64,000 bases of DNA, from NCBI RefSeq assembly GCF_009914755.1, contig NC_060925.1, one strand, 5' to 3'. Both the position numbers and the translations under genes were made by a program. Of the stretch, positions 55,131-64,000 are shown piece after piece. This DNA comes from the human T2T-CHM13v2.0 reference genome, Homo sapiens. Under the pieces are notes generated by a model that saw only the letters and a program-made list of their open reading frames with translations, was not told where the DNA came from and did not search any database. Position 1 is the first letter of the stretch. Every line of letters begins with the position of its first letter.

Positions 55131-56596
55131 TTGAGAACTTATCTTATGTGACTTCACAACTTACCATAAAGCTACTACAAAGCCAGTGTGGTGTTGGTAT
55201 CAAATAGACAATGGAACAAAGTAAAGCCTCCAGAAATAGATGATAAAACTTCCCATGATGGCCAAGGCCCTGATTACTTATGTTGAAAACAAAAATATCT
55301 AATGTTATGGATAAGTAACATATATGAGTAATGTGAGTCAGGACAAAGTATACATACATATTGTGATTGATGGGGCCAGGTAGAGAGCACCTGTCTAAAG
55401 AGAGCAGCTACCACTGATAATTTCCATCCTAAAAATAGAAAAGTCTAGGCTTGCTAGAACTTAAGACTGGAAATATTAATTTTTTTTTTGTAGCTTACAA
55501 TCTCCTCAAAATATCTGTGAAATTAGCCTGGCACTAACCCAAATGACACCTTTATAGGAATTAGAAAAACATGAAGACACTTCATCATTACATGTTGGAC
55601 AATTTTCTTGATATAAAAGTCTACATGGTTTATGAAAGTAAAGAGTGCCTGCAGATTTGTGTGTGTACAAAATCTTCACCATATGCTGAAAGCTCTTCAT
55701 GGTCTGGATTCAGCTAGAGAGCCACAATCTTGCCATCTTTGCCTCACATCTTGGCAAGGCCTTCAGACTATTTTGGCTTTGAAAGACACAAGGAATCCAT
55801 TTTCACATTACGTTGTTTGTTTTCTTATAAAAGTTGTACATTATCACACTAATGTGTGGTTTCTCACCTGTCAAAAACTAACCATGATTAGATTTACAGA
55901 GTAACTGCCTTAGAAAGGCCTAGAGTCTTGCCTTAGAAAACATTCTGAGAATGGGTTTCATCCAGAAACTTAATGATAAAACCATGATTCATGTTAATAT
56001 TCTGCTTCCAAAAAATAATTATCATCTATATTTTTTAACGTCCATGTTACCTTATCTACTTTTCTCAAAGAGAACCTTTATTTTTTTAAAAAAATATTAC
56101 AAACAAAGGTTATCATGCAGCTATGTGCCAAGAGATAGCAGAGTCCTATGGTTACATGTGCCAGTTCTCTCTGAAATTGGATTGGATTAAAAGATAACTT
56201 GCCATGTGTTGGCTCCTAGATCATTAGTCACAGTGGTCTAAGTGCATTCTCTTATAATTCAATATCAAAGAAATTGCTTTTGTGACATTAACTATATTAT
56301 ATTCAAAAGTATATAAATTATTGAAATGCTATGCCTACTGCCAAGATATAAGACAGTTCACATGGAAAAAAAAAGTTGTGTTTTAAATTATTCATTAGAA
56401 AAAAATGCAGTCTCTTGACAGAAATTGTTTTATACTGGGGCTAGCTTCTGGGACTTATATTTAAATATAAATCACAAAAACTCAAATTTTCAGATATTCT
56501 TAATTCTCTTTAACGCCTTGATTTCCAGCAAGAGGATTAAATATTATATATTGCCTTAGATCTACAGTTAGATACGTACTGTATTGAATACAAGCA

Positions 56597-56617
56597 TGTG
56601 TGTGTGTGTGTGTGTGT
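56597..56617. repeat. (TG)n microsatellite
   Basis: Read directly. Confidence 0.9.
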
Positions 56618-59074
56618 CTTGTAACATCAGTATGTGCCTTTGTTTATACTGAGATATGGTAACAGTGGGGAAAGTCTAATTATAGGAAGGCTACTCTCAA
56701 AAGATCTCTCTCTTACAGATTTATATATTATTCATTTGGTTAGAAAATGTTTGTCATTTGCTATGCACTAGGGACTGACATAGGTGCTGTTGATTTAACA
56801 TGTAATAAAAGAGTTGTTTTCCAGTAGCTTATATATTATGGAAGAAAATAAACATTAAAATAGATTAAAAATACAATTATATCAAGTTATATGAGAAACA
56901 TATACATAAAATATGTATACCTTAAGGAAAATTCACCCAGCTCAGATAAAGATAGAAGGATGGCAAAGGCGATACAAAGATATTTTTTGGAATATGTTGT
57001 AGCCGTCTAAATAGACAAATGTGTTCCAGGTCGAGTTATACACATATGGAGGCTGGACAAGATGAGGACCCTATCACAGACTCTGTATTCATCCCTGTGG
57101 CTGTAACTGAACTACTTAGCTAGTCACACCTAAAATTATTTCCTTTATTCACTTTCAAGACATAAACAAATGTCTCTTTTTGTAGATATTTCTGGAGAAG
57201 CCAGATGAATGCAAGAACTATTTTATATTGATCCCTGAGTAATTTACAAGATCATAATTAGTACACAGTAAGTGCTCAGAATGTGTTTAATGGGAATATT
57301 TTAGTCAGTTCTAAATGTTCCTTGTTTAGAGATTTAGTCTTTAACACATTCATTTACAAAGTCATTCTCCTTCATATTAATTACTACATTCCAAGGAACA
57401 GAAATACTTTGCCACTTCTCCCTTTTGGCTTAAAATATTAATATATTGAAAGTGAACTAGTCTCTTGGGTGTTACATAAGGAACACTAACATGCTTTAGC
57501 TTCTCTCAAGTACTAAGTGTATAAAATATTTTCATATCCCAGATAAAAAATATCATGTATTTTTACTTTTGTTTTCTTGATGCTATCAGATTCTGTTTTT
57601 AAAAACTTAAAAAATGTGGTTAAGACTGAAAAGTGTAATTCCTTGGGCATTCGTGCTCTGGAGCTACCTCTCCAACCTGCTGAACTTTCTTGTTTTGAAC
57701 ACTCCAGTCTCGTCACTTGATAAATCCACCAAAAATAAGCCAAACCAACCCCTTCTTCTTTCTGAAAGGTGGAAAATCCAAATATGCTACCTGGTAAAAG
57801 TTAGCTCTTTTATTCTGTATTTTTGCATACACCTAACTATCATTAAAACCTTTTATTCACGGCTACTACTGTAGTGGAAGGATGGAAAAGTATAAACTAT
57901 ATCTAAATATTTGGATTTTAAGGGTTGAGAGGAATAAACATCAAGGATTAGCTATGCCAAAATAACCCAATTTACCTTTTGAGTAGGTCAACTACTTACG
58001 AAGAAAGAAAATTCTATGAACATATTGAGTGTGTATGTAGATTTCAGGAGCCGTTTGACAATTGTTGACAGTTTAAGCAATAAAATAGAGTTGTGTGGAC
58101 AAGTTGCTCACATAGCCTGACAGAGACCTAACTGGTCATGCCACTACAACTTGTATTGGTGGTAGATTCATGTCTATATGGAAGCAGAATGTCAGCAGTG
58201 CTCAATAATAATCTGTATTTGGCTGTTTTGTTTTCTGAATTTTAAGCAACTTGGATGTATCTCTGGGAGACACATTTAATGATAAAACTATACCGGAGGT
58301 CAGGTGTTCAGTTTCAGTCGTTACAACATGCTAGTAACACACAGATGTTATTTTGCCATTAGACGCCAGACAGAATAGTAAAGTGCATACATGCAGTACT
58401 ACGTTAGGACACTGATGACGGAACCAGGAGTGTTTACATAAATATAAAAAATGCAAGGAAGGAGAAGAGTATTTGCATTTGCTTGTGAATTTGTTCTCAG
58501 TTGATCTAGTAGAAAAAAGTATGGTAGAATTCAGGTGATTATAATAAAGTATCCTAAACAAGAAGTATCCTAACAATAAAAAACTATTTTATGAGAATAC
58601 AAGCTCCCTGTCATCACATGGTTTCCAGAGACTATGGAAGACCAGTGGGATTAGAAATGGGATTACTACACTGAGTGAATGCTTGAGTCAAATAATACTG
58701 TTAGGATTTTTCAACTGTGCATTCTTTGAGTATTTGCTGCACTACATACCTTTGTATATGAGGAAGTAAACTCAAGGAAAATGCCATTAAAGGGCCTGGC
58801 TATTAGCAACTGAAAAATGAGATCTGAGGGAGGTTAAGTGATGAACAAAAATCATTTGTTGTTCGGGACTGGCGATAGGACTGGTAGACAACTGGGGAAG
58901 AGGAGGAGAAAAATAAGAGGGGAGGCAACAAAAATGTAGATAAAATGAACAAGCCCATTAGAGGAGAGAAATGGAATTTCTTCTTACATTTCACATATAG
59001 TTTTTCCCTTTCTTACAGCATTTTTAAACAAAACTGTATAAATAGAAAGTATGCACTGACAAACAATGTCAATA

Positions 59075-59440
59075 TCAGGTGCACTTGTGGAAGGTAAATG
59101 TTGGATTTTCAGGAATTTTGTGAGTTGAATTTTAAGCATATTCATTATTAAAATTAAATAATATTAAAGTTAAATTATACTAAAAGCAAAAATTTTAAAA
59201 ACTCAAAATGTATCACTTTCTCAATATTTTATTACATTTTACTGTCGTGTGTTATCTTGGGTTACTTACATGTATTGAATCTATATGGTAGAAATGGTCT
59301 GCTACTGCATATCTCTCCTCAACTTTGTATTTAGTGATATCAATCTGAACGTGGCCACAGTGGCAGTGTTTAGAGCATGGAAATTGGCAAATGCTATAAA
59401 TTATGGCTTTTTTAAAAAAATATTTATCAGTAGCCTGCCT
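59075..59440. mobile_element. MER63-like hAT (Blackjack) element
   Basis: TTTCAGGAATTTTGTGAG and CATGGAAATTGGCAAATGCTATAAAT motifs. Confidence 0.65.
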
Positions 59441-59539
59441 ACCAACTTTTACCTATATATAAGATACATTTAAAGTTATTCATTTCATAAATACTGTAAT
59501 ATTTCATAATAATAGAATATTTCATAGTGTTCCCATCAG

Positions 59540-59980
59540 ATATTGAGATCATGAAGAGGAATCAAAGGCATGCTCTTGCCCTTAAAAAGTCTAGAATGTA
59601 GTTAAGAGAGAAAATGAGAACATTAGTAACTGTAAAGTGGAACACCCTAAGAGTCATAAGAAAGATTCAGAGAAAAAGATCACGGTACTTTAGGTGAGAA
59701 AATGACTAACTTTAATTGGAAGTAGGTAGAGGAAGGGCAGGTGGAGAGGAGAATCAGAAAAGATTTGATGAGAAGAAATTTGAGCTTGGCTTTGAATAAT
59801 GGAACAAATTTGGACTTGGGAGGATGAACAGAGAATTGTGAGATCAGCATTTGGAAATAAACAGTTAGTAAACATACAGGACATATTTGCCGATCAGGCA
59901 GTTTAGCTTTACAGCTCAACTTGGTAGAAACAAGATTAAAATGTTAGGATGAGAATAAATTATAGAGGACTTTGAGTTAA
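59540..59980 (-). mobile_element. L2 relic
   Basis: CTTGCCCTTAAAAAGTCTAGAATGTAG; TTTGAGCTTGGCTTTGAATAATG; purine-rich body. Confidence 0.55.
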
Positions 59981-60839
59981 AACATTGCTAAAATAATGGA
60001 CGCAAAAACAAACATGTTGTAAATGGCTAGTGTATTCCTTCTGAGGGCCTGAAGTTTCACAGGCCCAAATAAGTTTTTGTTTAATTCTTGGAATGGAAAG
60101 AACGTTTGATTAATATCTTTGTGGGAGGGAAAAAAGAGACTACTGTTTGCTATTTGAAAACTCCATGGCTGGTTGTATGTTGGTTTCTCCCCCTATGATA
60201 TGAATATCCTATCAAGTGTTTCTACCTAAGCAAATTTTTGTGAGTTTGCATTTATAGAAGTCACAGTGTATGCATCCAGATTGATGTGTTAGTATAAATA
60301 GATGGAAATATGTTTCTCAGTTGATGAGTAACGTAAGAGCCCTTCTCATCCTGTTTCACCAAACAGCTAAACCCACACACTTTCTTCCACACTTCCTCTT
60401 TTTTTCCCACATTTATCTCTGTATTGTTTTTCATTTCCAGAGATAGGATGACCACCTGCCTTTCCAACATATTGCAAAAACAACAGTGACTATGGTTGAT
60501 TTTTTCTAGTCAGTTATTTTATTGAAAAATAAAATGTACCAAATGGCAGCAGAGTCACCAGCTGATGAGAAGGTTTTTTATGTATATAACATGGTGCTTT
60601 TGATAGGGAGTTGGCAATACTGTGCTAGGATTTTAATATCAAACTGTTTCCATCAGGCTGGAAGCTGTAACACTCAAATGGTACCTTCAGGAACTAAGCT
60701 GTATGCTTGTTACTATAAGGTACTTTTTGAAAGGGGGCATTAAACAAAATTTATAGAAGAAAAAAGAACTTTTCTTTTGTAGTAGAGAAATATCTTATTT
60801 CTTTCTAGGTGTTGCAAGGCAGCTAATTGATTACCAAGT

Positions 60840-61090
60840 TCATTTTCCTCTTCTTGGCAGACAACTAAATTATGATTCCCAGATAAAGTTACTTATGCTT
60901 GAGTTTTAAGCAATGGAATGTGAGGAGAAGTGATGTGTGCTCTTTCCAGGATTGGCTCACATAAACCTCCCAGGAGTGATCCTCCTTGCTGTTTCCTTAG
61001 AAATTGGAAATCACATATTGAAGATGGCATAAATGAAAAGTAGAATAGAACTAGTCTCTAGAGAATATGGGCTGCCTGTAGGAACAATTG
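60840..61090 (+). mobile_element. MLT1J-like LTR fragment
   Basis: GCAATGGAATGTGAGGAGAAGTGATGTGTGCTCTTTCCAGG...CATAAACCTCCC. Confidence 0.6.
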
Positions 61091-61102
61091 ATTGGGATGT
61101 TC

Positions 61103-61554
61103 TTTTTTTTTTTTTTTTAGATGGAATCTTGCTCTGTCGCCCAGGCTGGAGTGCAGTGGCACGATCTTGGCTCACTGAAACCATATATATATATATATAC
61201 ATAATATATATATACACACACACATATATATACACATATATATTATATATACATATATAATATATTATATATACATATATAATATATTATATATACATAT
61301 ATACATATATATTATATATACATATATACATATATTATATATACATATATACATATATTATATATACATATATATACATATATATGTATGTGTGTGTATA
61401 TGTGTGTGTGTATATATATATATATTTGTATTTTTAGTAGAGACAGGGGTTTCACGATATTGGCCAGGTTGGTCTTGAACTCCCGACCTTGTGATCTGCC
61501 CGCCTCGGCCTCCCAAAGTGCTGGGATTACAGGCATGAGCCACCACGCCCGGCC
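61103..61554 (-). mobile_element. AluS with part of the right arm replaced by a TA-rich array
   Basis: Alu 3' part 61103-61182, left arm 61426-61554, TSD TGGGATG(T/G)TCT. Confidence 0.9.
61183..61425. repeat. Complex (TA)/(CA)/(TG) array with ~22-bp subrepeats and inverted ends
   Basis: Units such as TATATTATATATACATATATAA; CACACA on the left and TGTGTG on the right. Confidence 0.95.
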
Positions 61555-61589
61555 TGGGATGGTCTATCAGCAACAAATAAATAACAGGC

Positions 61590-63965
61590 CTACACAGTTT
61601 TATAAAAGATATCTACCAATATTTAAAGAACTAATTTTCATGTTATATAGCCTACTCAAGAGAAGATTCAAGATACAAAATTTAACAAAAATAAAATGAG
61701 GAAAATATTGCCAATTCATTTCATGAAACTGACATAATGTGACATTAAATATAGGCAATGACTGTACAAGAAAAGCAATTTCACTTATAAACACAGAAAA
61801 TTTTTAATTGCAACATTGGATTCATCAAGTGAATCCAGTAATATATATAAAAATTTTGCCTAAGCAAGTGTTCTTATGTTAGGAATGAGGAAATTATTTA
61901 ACAGCTTATAAATTTAATACATCAATACAGATTTAAGGATATGTATATATATATAATCATGTCAATAGATATAGAAAAAGCATTATATAAAAATACTATA
62001 ATTTATAACAAAAAGTTGCAATCTAGGGATAGTTTCTTTCAAAATGTGACTAAAAAGATACAACAAAATTCACAATGCTCATTATCTGTAATTGTGAAAT
62101 GTGAGGCATATTTCATTAAAACTGAAACAAGGTAAGGAAGCCCAGTTTTTCTATTTCACATTATAGTAGAGTTCCTAATCAGTTCAATAAGATTTAGAAA
62201 TAAGTTAAAAGGATAAGTATTCAAAGCAAAGGTGCAAACAAGTCATTGCTAATAGATAACTTGTCTTTGTAGAATATTCAAGAGAAGATACATGCTATTG
62301 GAATTGATAAGATAATTCAACTGGATTACAGAAAATATGTTAACTCTTCCCCCCTTAAATCTATAAATGTGATACAATTACATTAAATTCCATTTTATTT
62401 ACAGAATTAAAAAATTCATCCTATCACTCATATTGAAGAGTAAAGGACCAAGAGTAGCCAAGAACAATCCTAACTAAGAAAAATAAAAGAGAATAACTTA
62501 TCCTTTCAAATTCTCAATGCTAATTATAAAATGCCGGGAAAAAATACAGCCTAGAATAAAACTGGCACACACAAAACTCACAGCACTCACAGAACAGACA
62601 CACACAGGTTTTGAATATGATAGCGGAGTATTACAAATCAGTGTAGAAAGATTCAATCAATGGTGCTAGGCAATTGTCTACCCTGTGGGGAAAAAAAAAC
62701 AATACAAATGAATTTGGACCTCATGCCATGTACATAAATAAGTTATGCATAGATTAAAAGTCCAAATATTAAAATCAAAATTTTAAAATATTTTAATAAT
62801 ATAGAATTACTTTATAGCATTGAAGTTGGAAAAAGAGTAAGATGTAAAACACAAGCCAGATGAAAAAGATTGGTAAATGTGACTATCTTAAATGTAAACA
62901 GGTAAACTTTGGTATATGTGAGATACCATAAACTGATTTAAATAAAGCCACATTGCAGGAAGCATTCCCAGAGAATTTAAACAAACAAACAAAAGATTAG
63001 TATTCTGAATATATAAATAATTTCAACAAGTCAAAATGTTAAAAAAGGTCTACTAATAGAAAAATGGATAAAGAATATGAATGCACAATTTTAAAAAGGG
63101 GAAACTTTAATGGCCAATTATTTGAATTACTTGACAAGAAGTGCACCTTCACTTTTAGGCAGAAAAATTTAAATTAAAATGTCACAACTTGAAATTCATA
63201 ATATTGGTGACACTTAAAAAATTAGGTAATACCAAGTTGATGAGAAAATGAAAAATCACACACTGCTGAAAACAATATAAATCTGCAAATAATTTGAAAA
63301 CAAATAAAACTGAAGATACACATATATCACTACAATTTCATTTCTAAGTATTTGAATGCCCTAGAGGAAATACTTAGAAATGAAATTGTAGAGATTTGAA
63401 AGTGTAGTCCTGAATCACCTGGGAGCTTTTTACAAATACAGATACTCCCAGATTAACTAAATAAAAAGCTGCAACTTAACAAGATCTGTAGATAATTTAT
63501 ATCTACATTAAAGTTTGAGAAGCATTGCCCTGGACTAAAACAGTGGTTCTCAATATTGAATGCACATTAGGACCATCTGAGATGTTCTCAAAATATATCA
63601 ATTCATGGGCCCCACTCCTGAAAAACTTGAATTGCCATCTATACTCAAGAAATTCCCAAATGATCCATTTCATTGTTTATCCATGGAATCTCTGTACTAG
63701 AGAAAATCTCATATATGCACAAGGAAATACATGAAAGATTATACAGTTTCCAAAAGCAAAAATCTGAACAAATCCCAATTGACCGTGTGTTTATAAAATG
63801 TTACGTTGTATAATATAATCTTCAACTGCAGACAAAATGAGTTAACTGGGTCCCTGTGTATCAATATGAACTATTCTGAAAAACAAAATGCTGAGTGCAA
63901 AAAGCCAGTTGGGAAAGAATTGTGCAGTATGAAATTATGATACCATTTATGAAAATATATGTCAA
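61590..63965 (+). mobile_element. Old L1M (L1ME-like) ORF2/3' remnants, interrupted by MER5-type MITEs at ~63395-63680
   Basis: CAATAGATATAGAAAAAGCATT, AAAGGACCAAGAGTAGCCAAG, AAAATGGATAAAGAATATGAA; MER5 motifs GAATCACCTGGGAGCTT, AAGTTTGAGAAGCATTG, CAGTGGTTCTCAA. Confidence 0.75.
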
Positions 63966-64000
63966 TTCTGTAAATTATTATTTAGAAACTAAAAGTCCAA

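Noticed and set aside
60000-64000. Possible 3' part of the annotated lncRNA NEGR1-IT1
   Set aside because: I recall it lying in this intron, but nothing in the sequence lets me define its exons.

Overview
This is AT-rich human genomic DNA; an AluYb8 insertion identifies the species. The window lies inside NEGR1 (IgLON family, 1p31.1), which is transcribed on the minus strand. The only intact coding exon is the 126-nt phase 1-1 exon at 44089-44214 ([42 protein letters not shown], start of Ig domain 2, exon 3 as I recall the gene model). It is absent from the ORF track. Everything else is intronic: 1-44088 is the downstream intron and 44215-64000 the upstream intron. The introns carry a 5'-truncated KIF2C processed pseudogene, a near full-length Hsmar1 mariner, a full-length MSTA-type MaLR provirus, and many Alu, L1, L2, MIR, LTR and DNA-transposon relics and microsatellites. 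I see no prokaryote-type system (no CRISPR, operon, rRNA or tRNA), and the listed ORFs are repeat-derived or chance. The most interesting unexplained signals are: a long hairpin at ~24.6 kb, a dispersed 50-bp duplicate, competing Alu pairings around the NEGR1 exon, two candidate cryptic NEGR1 exons, and an Alu whose core is replaced by a palindromic TA-rich array. Repeat subfamily names come from my recall of consensus sequences, and the boundaries of old repeats are approximate.
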